DNA of 41,047 nt, from contig JALAGF010003681.1 of the NCBI GenBank assembly GCA_030167865.1, positions 1 to 41,047 on the forward strand, in the 5' to 3' direction. A model generated the notes under the pieces. It had not been told where the DNA came from, searched no databases, and saw nothing but the letters and a program-made list of their open reading frames with translations. Positions 22,025 through 33,630 of the stretch are shown here, piece by piece. Position 1 is the first letter of the stretch; each line of letters begins with the position of its first letter. A program made the translations under genes and the position numbers. Source of the stretch: Craspedostauros australis (taxonomy: Eukaryota).

Positions 22025-25000
22025 CTACTCGTGATGTGCATGTGCATGTTCATGTTCATTGCCATGTTGTTGTCGCATGTGTTCAAGGATGGTGTGCTCG
22101 AACGCGGCCAACCGTTGTTCCAGCCATTGGTTTTGCTCTGCGGATGCGGACTGGTTGTACACATCCGGCAAGGATCGATCGAGGCGTTTCTGCAGGGTCT
22201 CGATCCTTGCCAGGACTTCGTCCTCGTGGTCTTCCATGGCTACATCCGTGTGCGCGAAATCGCCAAAAATCTCTCGTCTGTTGATGCCGAACAACACAGT
22301 GGCAATGATTGTCACCATGGTATTCCCGATGTACTCGATTCCTTCCGTTACCATGGTGCAAAAATCACTCTCTGGCATGTTACCGGTGATGCAGTGGCTG
22401 AACGAAAATAGCAGGAGTAGCCCGAGTCCAATGCTCACGCTGATACAGATGCCCAGAGCCATGAGGGTGACGACGAGCTTGCCACCGTCCTCTGAGAAGT
22501 CCATCACAGTTCGCACCAAGAACACGATGGACCAAAATCCAGTGATATACATCGAGATGAACACGACACCTCGCCAGAAGGCCTTGTTCATCATTGAAAA
22601 CCAGGCAGGACAGCATTTCCCCTTCGAGCGGGTTGCTGCGTCGCCCAAATCGGGGTTGATGGTCGAATCGCCAATGCCAACGTCCAGGAATCCCTCGAGA
22701 GCACGAATGCCGGCAATGAAGTCGGCACGTGCGCTATTCAATTCAATACAGTGGAGCACAGCGCAAAATGATTCAGTATATTGACAACGAATACGAAGTG
22801 TGGATTTGATGGATGGTGAGTTGTGGGAACGCATCGAAGCATGCGAGAACGCAAGGATGGAGTGAGAAAAAGGAGTGGACGGGACGGGTCGCACTTGTTG
22901 CGGCTCAGCTCAGATGCAATACACAATGCAATCCGCATATTGTACACATCGCTTGCGTCAACCTGTCCAGTGCGGAGACCAGGCATCATTTGGTTCATCC
23001 CCCCTGCGCCGGTGGAAGTTATCGAATCGCTACCACAGCGTTATGTGCCACACAGCCACCTTTGCTTCCAATACTATTCTGCGAGTATTCGTATCATGAT
23101 CAATAAAAACAGCAGGAACATGAGCAGGAACATCAGCAGCCACAGCAACATCATCCGTGGCACCCCATTTCATCATTGGTGCCGTTGTTGCCGACTCACG
23201 TTCGGAAAATAACCGCACTGCTCTGTTGCGATCGAATATACGATTCACTGACAACAGCGATGAGAACGTTGAGCATGATAACCACGCCGAAAAGGGTCAG
23301 GAGGAACCACAGAAACATCACCGTGGTGGAATCTTTGTAGTGCTCCAAGTTGAAGTCTCCGATCAGGATCGTGTAGGTTCTCAGATACGAGTTGATACTG
23401 TACTTGGAACAGAAATCTGCATTCGATGGGTCCAGATCGTCACCCGAGCATTTGATATCGCTGTTGGTCCTGTACACGACGTGGAACATGCTGCAGTGTT
23501 GGTATTGAGAGTTTAACGAAGGCAATGCATGAGCATGAGCATGTCAATGGCAAGTATTTTTTGTTGTTTATAAATCGAGAGAGAAGAAAGAAAGAGAGAG
23601 GCGGGATGAGATCAAATATGCTGGAAATCTCTTCACCTGAGCATACTGTATCATCTTGGCTGATAGATCATGCATGCGGCAGTGTGCACAATGCATCAAT
23701 CGCACAAGCGGAACTCAAGCAGAACCAACCAATCCACTTACTCTGCGAACATGAAGTTCACGACAGCCATACAAACCAAAAAGTACCGAATATCCGACAA
23801 GATCTATCGTCGTCGTGAGCATCGTTGTTGGAAATATCGGAATGCGACAAATACAAAAAAGAAGGATGAGTGCCAAAGTGAGCGAGACAGTAGCAGACTT
23901 GTAATTGCGTACGGTGTTCGTTCACATCGTACAGTTTCATATACAACACATCAATGTTCTCTCAATAGTTCTGAAACAAATGTGAACACAGCACTGGCAC
24001 TAAATCCCAATCATTGTGACTTACCTGGAATAAGGCCAGAACGAATGTCGCCATCTGCTCGTTCACAACCTTGAGGTAAGCAAGAATTCGCAACCACAGC
24101 AGTCCGAGGATGAGAGCACTCAAGAAGGATCTGCAGATGGGGGAACAGGGTAAAACAGAACGCAGTATGCAATCAGGCCACGACATGGACATGACAAGGA
24201 TGTAGGAATGAAAGAGAATGGTACTGTGTGAGATCGGCAGCGCACAACAGGTTTCTCTTCCGTCGCATGGCGCATTCGGGGCATTTGGCGAGAAGTGCAA
24301 GCTCTCTCCCAGCAACCACTTACCGGTTGTTGTTGGAATTCAGGTCGTTGGTAACAGCCCACATGGTCATCCCAACCCCGATAATATCAGCCACGACCCT
24401 GTTGAACAGAGTTTGAAATATTGTATAGTAAGAAGCAGTGCGATGGCAGAAACAGCGCAACAAGGGAAAGTGAGTATTGAGAGAAGACCGACATCGAATG
24501 AGGCGTCCGAAGCGAGGCGAAGAGCACGAACCACAAATATCCGATACACATTCAATCCAGAGATAAAGAATGGTCTGACTACGCAGCCACACAGCCATGT
24601 ACGCAACCGCAACCACAGGAACGGAGCATCTCATGCACCACGTACCATCGATTGAGCAGCTGCTTCTTGACGACCTTCATGGACATTCTGGAAAGCGCAA
24701 TGGCTTCGGCGATGCGACGCAGTACGTAGTGCAAGCAGATGAGGAAGACGGTGGTGCTCTCGTAGAATCCGAAATCCGGGTCCAATTCCTCATCGGCTTC
24801 AAGCACGATGGTGTTGCGGAAGAGGAGCAGGAGCGCCACCTCCATCCCTAGATCGATGACTGCTGTTGCCACCACGAATGGCTTGAGCAAGGACCGGTTC
24901 ATGCAGTACCAGATGATGGGCGTGGACACGGCTCGTTCCGTCTCTTCTTGCGGCAGGACGATGAGAGACGGAATGGTGGATTCCATGGCCTCGATCTTCT

Positions 25001-27323
25001 CGTAGACGGCCTGCTTGGCATGCTGGAACTGCTCTAGATCGATGATCTCGGGCGTGCGGTACGTTCCCACAAAATCATTGATCGTCGTGTTGGAGACGTA
25101 CTCGAGGTAGTCGATGGCGGCACGAGACGGAAGCCCTTTCTGACGCAGCATGTTCGTGACCCAAGGCCCGACGTAAGTCGGCACCAGCAGCACATGCTTG
25201 ATCACGGAACTTTCGAGCACCCGCCTTCGCAGCTCCCTGTTCTCCACCAGCATTGTGGTCTTGAGGAGAAACGGCAAGGCCGCAACGTTCTCCGCCAACG
25301 CCTGCCGTTTGATGCGCTGGTTCGGATACGACGCACGTCCGCTAAGCGTCGTGGAGTCACGTTCGTCGTACTGGAACGGTTTGCCGCTGAGATAATCCAT
25401 CGACAGCGCGAGCATTCGGAAGGCCCATTCCACTTCGGAGCTCAACACCGCACGAGGGAATCGCGTCGTGGCGCTGTCCACCGCATCTTCGATTTCTCGC
25501 TGGAAATCGGATTGCCGTTGTGGAGGTTGACCGGTGCTTCCATCAGCGCTGTTGCCGTCCATGCTACCGTTACCGCTGCCGCTGCCGTTCACATTTGCAT
25601 TGGCTGTGGTATTGGCTGTGGGAGTCATGAGGCCCGCCCACGCCCCTTGGCCTCTGCGGTGTTCGCTGGCGGTGTGGGCTGTCGATTGCAGTGCCGAAGT
25701 GACCCTTGCCAATGTTTGGAACTGAAGTGTCGCGATGCGGCTTGTGGCACGGTTGCTGGGAGATGACTCGTTGGCAATGGCGCTGGTCGTGATCTTGTCC
25801 TGGTAGTAGGTCCACTGAATCCATCTGAGGATGAGCGAAACGAATGGCATGTAACCGCTCTTGTCCTTCACTGTGATGGCGTCCGGATAGCGTTCCATGA
25901 GGAAGCATGCGCAGGATTCCGCTGTCTTACGTCCCTTGCGGTTCTTGACGAGGCTCATGTTGTAGCTGATGATGTGAAGTGGCAGCTTGCCATTGGGGTC
26001 CGGTGTTGAGATAGCATCCGGATTCTCATCCACAGCATCACGCAGATCCTGAAAGTTGAGATCGCGAGAACTGCAGAGGTCGTGCAGGAGGCTGGTCTGT
26101 GGCTCATCGTTGCCGGTGTCATTCATCACCACCCTGCGGCTCTGAAAATGCTGCAAGCCGCGACGGTAGGACATGGGATCATCGAGGCTGTTTTCATCCG
26201 ACATGCCTTCGCTGCTGGCAATGGATCCGGATCGCCCCGCCGGGATTTGCGTCCGGATGCTGGCCCAGCGGTCGTTTCCCTGGCCGAAGGGGGATTGCGC
26301 CCATTTGACCTGTTGACTTGGTGTTTGCGGAACTGGTTGCGGCAGTGTGGGCGACGAGAACTGCACGCGTCTGTTGTCCGTGATTGGCGTCTCGTCCTGC
26401 TGTTCTGTTTGTGGTGTTGTCTGGGCTGGCGTAACAGCCGTAGCATTGATGGCGGCGTGACTTGCGTTGGCAGGCGTAAATGCATTGGATGGAGTATTGA
26501 CCGACGATGTCGTCATCGCGGAAGGTGCTGTTATGATCGAAGGCGTTGCCGCAACGGGTGGTGTCGGAGGAGCAACTGGAGCCGCCATGGATGGACGAAT
26601 GCGGATGCGTCCAGAGAAGTTGGAAAGATCCAGGAATGCGCCATTTGGAGCCTGAATGACTCTTCCGCTGTTGCTTCTGCTCCTCGTGCTGTTGTTGTCG
26701 TTGTTGTTGTCGTTGTTGTTGTCGTTGTTGTTGTCGATATTGTTATCGTTGTTGACAGCGACCGAGTTGCTCGTTCCTATGTCCGCAGTGGTGTCGGTCG
26801 CAGCTGAGACTGCCGTTGCGTCTGGGTTGGCCGCAGCTGGTGTGGTGGCAGCAGGAGTGGCAGGAGGCTCCGCAACTTCAAGCTGCAGCTCTCCATCGCT
26901 GCTGAGTGTCGCCACCAGATCCAGGATGGCATCGTCTTCATCGCTCGTTGTTCCTGCCTGGCTATTGTTGCGAGTATTGCTGACAATGTCACTGTTGGCA
27001 TCATCAGTTGCGCCAGTATTGGCAGCAGCAGCAGCAGCAGTATTGCCAGTGTCTCTGCCGATGTCGACGGTCATGAGGCCGTGCGGAGATCGCTGAGGCG
27101 ATTGGTGATGTGATGTTGCCGCATGCTCGCTGCTGTTCGACTGGGACGACGTGGCAGCAACGCTCCCAGTAGGAGTGACAGTCGCAGAAGCGGAAGCATC
27201 AGCAGAGGCCGGGCTGCTCCCTGCTTGCGATGCTTGGCTCAGGTTGGCAGCAAATCCATCCACGCCCATGCCGCCATCAGCAGCAGAAGGATTGGCGTTG
27301 GTGGGACCTCCTGGTCCATCCAT
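22025..27323 (-). CDS. TRP-like cation channel with an ankyrin-like region and a long disordered N-terminus; exons 27323-24646, 24398-24324, 24130-24025, 23803-23742, 23490-23200, 22733-22025, about 1306 aa
   Basis: Ankyrin-like LLHDLC, DPNGKLPLHI, KDKSGYMPF. S4-S5 region LLWLRILAYLKVVNEQMATFVLALFQ|ILSDIRYFL. Pore TYTILIGDF. S6 VIMLNVLIAVVSESY, the typical TRP LNxLIA.M/V.xSY. Five GT-AG introns join in frame (3921 nt). Confidence 0.8.
26691..26754 (-). repeat. Coding 12-bp repeat giving an (NNND)n tract in the channel N-terminus
   Basis: gttgttgtcgtt-type repeats; protein NNDNNIDNNNDNNNDNNNDNN. Confidence 0.8.
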
Positions 27324-28045
27324 TTTCGTCGCGACGGCTGCTCAGTGAGCGTTCGTCTGTTTGATGTGGTTGCGATTGCGATTAGTAGCTGTCGCTGTGG
27401 ATATGATATATTATATGAGTGTGGGTATGAGCGTGGATATGAGTTTGGTTGCAGCAACGATTGTGCACCTGTGAAGGATTTTATGGGTCAATGACGGGAC
27501 CCAAAGACATTCCCCTGCTCAGCAGCTCTGTGCGACATCAGCAACATCACGAGCCCGCTTGTTGTACACAACAAATCGTGGCTTGAATTTTCGTGATGTT
27601 CTTGTCTCTCTCTGCAGCCAACACGCTGTGACTACAACACGTTTCCAACCGAGAAACTTCGACCAACTCGTGCTCGTGACTGCTCAACACAACCTTCCTC
27701 GACCTTCTCGCGATTCCGCTTCAAGTCGTGAGTTCGATCAATCGTGCCACCATCATTCGAGTGCCTCGCTCAGGTATGCCATGATACAACTAGATGTCCG
27801 CAAAGTACAAGTACTACCCAAGAACATCACATCTTTGGCTGCTCGTCTGACATTCACCACATCTTCCTTCTCATGGCTCGCATGAGTACAATCGGCCAGG
27901 CAGCACAAACAGAACTGAGCGATCCTGGAATCTCCCTACGACCTACTCGTGTAGCATACGGTACGATCTACCGCAGAAAGTTTCGTGATTTCAATACCAG
28001 CGACCTTGAACCATTCATTCCCTTTTGTACCAGCGCTCGCAATGA

Positions 28046-29200
28046 TCATTTCGCTTTGTGCCTCTTGGCCGAATCAACGTCGCCGCTTGCGTTCCCGCTG
28101 TTCCCGTCACCCTCAGCCTTGCTCGGACACCAAAACCGCACAGTCTTGTCCTTGCTCATGCCGCCGCTCGCGATGATCTCCTTCGTGTTGTGCGCGTCGA
28201 CTGCGAGCACCACGTCCTTGTGCACCTTCTCCAGCACCTGGTGCACCTTGCGCGATTGGATGTCGTACAGTATCACATCGCCCGTCTCCGATCCGGTCAC
28301 TATGCACTGCCTCCGCTCCGGCTTGCTCACGAGGAACGTGGAGGATATGCAATACTTCGTGTTCTGATGCCTCTCGTTGGCGTACGTCTTCGAACACTTC
28401 GCTTTGCCGGACAGCGCCATCGGCCACAGCCGCAGCTGCGAATCCAGCGTGCCCGCCAGCACGTACTTGCCGTTCGGACTGTACGATACGTGCGACACCG
28501 GCGGATTCCCGGCAGCGAAGATGGTCTTGAGGCACTCGCCCGTGCACACGTCCCAGATTCGGATCAGACCATCGTGGCTCGCCGACACCACGCACGTGCC
28601 GTCTCTGTTGAAGGACACCGCCGTGACGGGATCCGAATGTGCGGGCAACGTCGACACGCACTCTCCGCTGCGAATGTCCCACAGCTTGACCGTCTCATCG
28701 AACGATCCCGACGCCAGCAGGTTCGATTGCGGGTTGAAGTCCGTGCAGAACACGAAGTTGTCATGGCCGCGGAACTCCACCAGGGCATCCTCCGTCTGCG
28801 CATCCCACAGCCGCAGCGTCTTGTCGTCGCTCGCCGTGGCCACGAACGGGTCCGATCCCTTGGACCACGCCACGTCGTTGATGCCGCGCGAATGACCGCT
28901 CAGCGTGGATGCCGGTTGCAGCAGGTACTGCTTCCTCGATGCCTTGTCGCCCTGGAAGGATGACACGGCGCTGCCCGCCAGATCCCAGATCTTGACGTTG
29001 CCGTCGGCGCTCGCGGACGCGCACAGCGCAGCGTTCTCGCGGTCCTTCGTTATCCTGGCCGGCGCCAGCTTCACGCTCGATATGGCGCGCTTGTGTTCTC
29101 CGTACTGCGGCATGCAGACGAACGGCGTCGCCTGCGTTGCGGCATCCTGCTCGTTGCCGGTCGTCGCAGATTGGCCGACCTCCCTTTTTAACGATGCCAT
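28046..29200 (-). CDS. WDR5: WD40 repeat protein WDR5/SWD3 (COMPASS subunit), 384 aa
   Basis: Seven WD repeats with WDR5 hallmarks: HKRAISSVK, ASASADG, GHSRGINDVAWS, SASDDKTLRLWD, FVFCTDFNPQSNLLASGSFDETVKLWD, TLPAHSDPVTAVSFNRDG, NPPVSHVSYSPNGKYVLAGTLD, HQNTKYCI. Confidence 0.92.
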   Translation of the reverse strand: MASLKREVGQSATTGNEQDAATQATPFVCMPQYGEHKRAISSVKLAPARITKDRENAALCASASADGNVKIWDLAGSAVSSFQGDKASRKQYLLQPASTLSGHSRGINDVAWSKGSDPFVATASDDKTLRLWDAQTEDALVEFRGHDNFVFCTDFNPQSNLLASGSFDETVKLWDIRSGECVSTLPAHSDPVTAVSFNRDGTCVVSASHDGLIRIWDVCTGECLKTIFAAGNPPVSHVSYSPNGKYVLAGTLDSQLRLWPMALSGKAKCSKTYANERHQNTKYCISSTFLVSKPERRQCIVTGSETGDVILYDIQSRKVHQVLEKVHKDVVLAVDAHNTKEIIASGGMSKDKTVRFWCPSKAEGDGNSGNASGDVDSAKRHKAK

Positions 29201-31079
29201 TCTGTCTTCTCCTGCTGAATGTCGTCTCTGCGAGGATGTTGCCGATGCCGTTGATGCTCAATCTGCATTTCACACTCTGCGATGCGACTGGCGATATGAA
29301 TGGCAAACACTCAAGCGCACATGCAAAGGCAGGGCAGTGAAGAGAAGAGAAGAGAAGAGAGAGAACGGTCGCGAACGGCAACGCAAGACATTGTACCGTC
29401 GTGTGTCATGGTCATCGCGTTTCGCGTTTGTTGGTGTTGGTGATTTTGGTTGTGCTTCGTCGTTTGGTGTGATCGTATGGGTCATAGTTCACATTGGTCG
29501 ATTGAGTCAATTCGCACGATTGAATGAATCGGTCCCGAAGGCGAACAACTCGGACAAGTTGGTGACGTCACAAGTAGTTGTTCACTTGAACCGAGGTGTC
29601 CAAAATTAGACCGAAGGGGAATGAAGACTGGCGATGCCGATGGCCGCTTTTGTCCATTGGGAGCTGGTGATCGTTGAGTCATCTCCTCTGAAGAGTACGG
29701 CTACGCGGAGGGAGAAGCAGTGTTGTTGGCATCACTTGCCGGTTGGCCTCGACGAAATTGGCCAGAACCCTGCGATCACTCCTTGTTGGAGCTGCGCAGT
29801 GATTTGTCTGCATTACTATTATTATTACGACGAACCGCGCCGAGCTTTTGGAAGTGGACGAAAACAAGACAGGTTGGAGAAACAGGTGGGCTCTCGCCAT
29901 GGATGTTGAGTGGTACATTCTGTGTGCTTCATGCATGCTTCTTGGAAACGTGATAGGCTTCTTCCTGGGCGAAGGAGAAGCTGTCAGCTCAGACAAGCCG
30001 AGCTGGACCACACTCAAGTCGTACGAATGGAGACCAATCAGACCTGCGATTAGAATGGAGTGCTTCACACGTCTTACCTATACATGCGAGTCGAGCAAAG
30101 CAACGGGATTCTTGAACTCCCACGAGAATAGTATGTACGACTACGAGTATAACCGATGCAAATCCCGCAATCAGACAACAATGCCAGCCACCCACGAAGC
30201 TCCTCCATTTACGAGCTGCTATGCTCTTGTCCTGAATGCGTCCCCTGGTGCCGATGCCGACGATGACCCACATTGGAAGCTGCCACGGATACACACAGAG
30301 GACTCTGGAAAATGGCGCCGGGTGTCCCTTCTGAAAAAATGGCAACAAGAATCCACGGACGTTGGGGGTCCGGAGCGTCTGACACTGATGGGAGTCTCAC
30401 GAACTACGGAATTTTTGATGCCGAAGACATCGGAAGTGCGGGGATGACTGCGGAAGGTTGTGACCGGAACGCGTCGGAGAATCCTTGGGTGAGGTGACAA
30501 ACCTGCGCGCATGATGGATGTGGTTGGAGCATGTGTGACGCCGAAACTATGATGATTTGTAACGGTCGGGACGTTACCGAAGCTTGTGAACGGTCAACAT
30601 GCCACCGAGTTGTGTTTTGTGCTCACAACAACGACGAATTCTTGGAAAGATGCGCAACTTGGTCTCGTTCAGTCTCGTGCCCAACAGTGCTGTGCTGTGC
30701 TGTGCTGTGTGGTGTTGCCTCTCTTTGAATGTGTTGCCGTTCCGCGACGGACAGAAGAAGAGAAACAACCATGGCTGAGCGAAAGAGGTGAGTGGGAGAA
30801 TGACAGTAAGAGCAAGAGTGCCGCGGCATCTTCCTTGCTGACTCCAGCACATCATTGGAACGAGCGACCAAGACACCGCCCTCGTCCCGAGGTCCCGCAC
30901 GCACGCCCGCAGCATTGTACCATGAGAGGAGGTGCACATCCACATCCACATTCGCATTCGCATTCACATCCAACTCTTCATCCACATCTGCACTCAGTCT
31001 CATAATTGAACTTCGGCCATCACTTTGCTGTCAACACCAACACCAACACCAACACCAAGTGTGACGACAAACAACAATC

Positions 31080-32999
31080 ATGGACACCGACACGAGCAAG
31101 GAGGACACGATGAAGGGCACCGACCTGACGGCCATGTCATCGACAGAATCGTCGCCATCCAATGAGTTGAACAGCACCGTGGATTCGATAGACAGCGAAG
31201 ATCTGTACTTTGACGGAGCATCGGACAATGACGATGCGGCGGCAGTTGAAGCAGGAGCAGCCGTAGCAGTTGGAGGAGCAGTTGGAGGAGCAGTTGGAGG
31301 AGCAGTTGGAGGAGCAGCTGGAGGAGGAGCAGCTGGAGGAGGAGCAGCAGTAGCAGCAGTCTCACCGAAGACCCCGGCCACCTCTGATGCCACCTCCAAA
31401 CGACGAACAAGAGCGCTCATCCTGGCAGCATGCGTCCTCGCCGCCGCCTCCTTCTGCGCTGGCTTCTTCATCCGTGGAACGACGGACTCGGGCAGTTCCG
31501 CCCTGCGATCGTCTTCGGCCGCTGAAGAGAACTCCGGCCTCGCGTCCTCCAGCATCGCCACTGCCTCGCCGACGGCAGCATCCCCAGCACCAACCTCCGC
31601 ACCGTCGCCGACTCCCTCCATGCTGCCGTCCGGCCATCCATCAAGCCCACCATCCGGCATGCCATCCCTCGTTCCCACGATGTCTCCCACGCTCCTCGCA
31701 TCGGCGCTGCCATCGGAAGTGCCGTCTCTCAGGCCATCGTCCACGCCGTCGCATGTTCCGTCGTCACTGCCCTCCTCCACGCCGACTGCCTCTCCTTCGG
31801 CTGCCCCCACCGAATCCGTTGTGCCAACCACCGCCCCCACAATCGCACCAACCGAGCTCTTCGTCTCGTACCAGCCAGGCAACCTCACCAACTTCGAATC
31901 CAATCTGCTGCTCTCGCGTGGACTGCGAGCCAAGCTCATCGCACGCAGCGGTGAACGCGTCGCCCTGAGCGATGGCAGCTACTCCTGGGAAACCATGCAC
32001 GACAATCCCGACGGCGCCGGGATGATGTACGACACGCGGCCTGGAAACGAAGGCGGCTGGGTCTACGTCAGCAACTCCGAAGTCAAGACCTACTGGGGCG
32101 CCGGCGGCGTCGGCGCGCTCACGTTCGACAAGCACGGAAACCTGCTCAGCTACAAGCGCATCCTGGACGGCACCACCAACAACTGTTCCGGCGGACGCAC
32201 GCCCTGGAATACCTGGGTCTCGTGCGAGGAGATCTCCGGGGGCAAGATCTACCAGGTGGATCCCTTCGGCGAGCGCCAGGCGCAGCAGATGCCCTTGGGC
32301 GCCGACGGCGGCTACTTCGAGTCATTCGCCTACGATGTGCGCGATGCGGATCGTCCGCGATTCTTCGCGACGGAGGACTCGCCGTGGGGCTGTCTCAGGC
32401 GGTACATCCCAAATGCAGAGCACGTGGACTGGGACAACGATCCATGGACGATGCTGCACGCGCCCGGCGTCGTGCAATACCTCCTGCTCGAGCCCGATGA
32501 TGACAATGCCGGGGCCGGCACGTACCGATGGACCGACGACCTCAGCGAGGCCAGATCCAACGCAAACCTGCATTACCCGTACAGCGAGGGACTCGACGTC
32601 TACGAGGATGAGCTCTTCTTCGTCATCAAGCAACGCAAGGAGATGTTCGTCCTCGACCTCGATGGCAACACCTACTACAAAAAATCGACGGTCGCCGGCA
32701 CCTTCGATGGCATGCCCGATCAGATGCAACGGATTCTCGGAACCGACAAGGATCTCCTCTACTTCACCGAAGAGCGCGGCGAGTTCAACGGAATCCACGC
32801 ACGCGATCACACCGGCAACTTCTACGCCATCTTCGAAAGTCCCGTCCTCCAGGATGAGACGACTGGCCTTGCCTTCTCGCCAGATGGAGTTCACATGTAT
32901 GTCTCGTACCAGCACACTGGTCTGCTATATGATATCTGGCGTGAGGATGGACAGCCGTTCCCAGCAAAGAAGCTCGATGTGAGATACCATGCCAGATAA
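31080..32999 (+). CDS. phoX: PhoX-family (DUF839) alkaline phosphatase-like protein with an N-terminal TM anchor and a Pro/Ser/Thr stalk, 639 aa
   Basis: PhoX-type motifs PDGAG, YVSNSE, NNCSGGRTPWNTWVSCEE, EGLD, PDQ, ETTGLAFSPDG and YVSYQH. TM helix ALILAACVLAAASFCAGFFI, followed by PSxxPS/APT repeats. Intronless. Confidence 0.82.
   Translation: MDTDTSKEDTMKGTDLTAMSSTESSPSNELNSTVDSIDSEDLYFDGASDNDDAAAVEAGAAVAVGGAVGGAVGGAVGGAAGGGAAGGGAAVAAVSPKTPATSDATSKRRTRALILAACVLAAASFCAGFFIRGTTDSGSSALRSSSAAEENSGLASSSIATASPTAASPAPTSAPSPTPSMLPSGHPSSPPSGMPSLVPTMSPTLLASALPSEVPSLRPSSTPSHVPSSLPSSTPTASPSAAPTESVVPTTAPTIAPTELFVSYQPGNLTNFESNLLLSRGLRAKLIARSGERVALSDGSYSWETMHDNPDGAGMMYDTRPGNEGGWVYVSNSEVKTYWGAGGVGALTFDKHGNLLSYKRILDGTTNNCSGGRTPWNTWVSCEEISGGKIYQVDPFGERQAQQMPLGADGGYFESFAYDVRDADRPRFFATEDSPWGCLRRYIPNAEHVDWDNDPWTMLHAPGVVQYLLLEPDDDNAGAGTYRWTDDLSEARSNANLHYPYSEGLDVYEDELFFVIKQRKEMFVLDLDGNTYYKKSTVAGTFDGMPDQMQRILGTDKDLLYFTEERGEFNGIHARDHTGNFYAIFESPVLQDETTGLAFSPDGVHMYVSYQHTGLLYDIWREDGQPFPAKKLDVRYHAR
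31251..31360 (+). repeat. Coding 12-bp minisatellite (GGAGCAGTTGGA-like) encoding (GGAV/GGAA)n in the PhoX N-terminus
   Basis: ggagcagttgga repeated, followed by ggagcagctgga variants; protein AVGGAVGGAVGGAVGGAAGGGAAGGGAA. Confidence 0.85.
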
Positions 33000-33630
33000 A
33001 AAAGAAACAAGCAGTGTCGGGCCCGGCCATGCTTGCATGGCGCAAGTATGGCACGATGCATGCCACCTGCTAAAGCTGCTTTCCTCGCGCGGTAGTTCTG
33101 TCAACAAGTGCAACGGTCATTTGTTGTGGACCACACACTGGCATAGGTATAACGGCAAAGAAGGGCAAAGGAGCAGCTCCTATAATATACACGAGTACTG
33201 CGCTCTGCGGAGACAATCCATGCTCTGCTCGTAGAGAGTATAAGGGCTTGAAGGTGCGATCGAATACCAGGACACAAGCACATCGCGGAATGCATATTCC
33301 AGTCAGAGCAGAGCAATTCATAACTAGAGAGACAACACTCCAAGCATAGCGATGTTGACTGTATGTTAGAGTCGCGTATATAGAGTATTAGCAGGTATTC
33401 TATGATATAGCATGGCGCTGGTGTACTGTGCAACCATCAGAAGGTGCTCATGTTGTGGTAGAGAATTGAAGTGTTCTGCAAACAGAGCACAGTCTCCTTG
33501 TGCCATTCTCTCGATCATGATGATCGCCATCACCATGAATCCCCCGAGACGAGACACTGCAAGTGTTTGTTGGTTTCCTTGAATTTGTACCATAGGTAGG
33601 TCGTACCGCACTCTACCTTTGTTCTCTGAT

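Noticed and set aside
27700..27745. GAGTTCGATC resembling a tRNA T-loop/B-box
   Set aside because: No acceptor stem, anticodon arm or A-box could be built.
28058..28963. 301-aa plus-strand ORF, and similar antisense ORFs at 12548-13417, 16135-16812, 31031-31939, 35218-35829, 38242-39051 and 40428-41036
   Set aside because: Shadow ORFs opposite real genes with high GC3; no domain-like content.
29848..30447. 199-aa ORF in the WDR5-phoX spacer
   Set aside because: Non-ATG start in the track, no coding-type codon bias and no recognisable motif; treated as intergenic, though not excluded.
31080..32999. Possibility that phoX is bacterial contamination or a recent insertion
   Set aside because: It has a eukaryote-style N-terminal extension and stalk, codon usage like its neighbours, and is contiguous with intron-containing genes.
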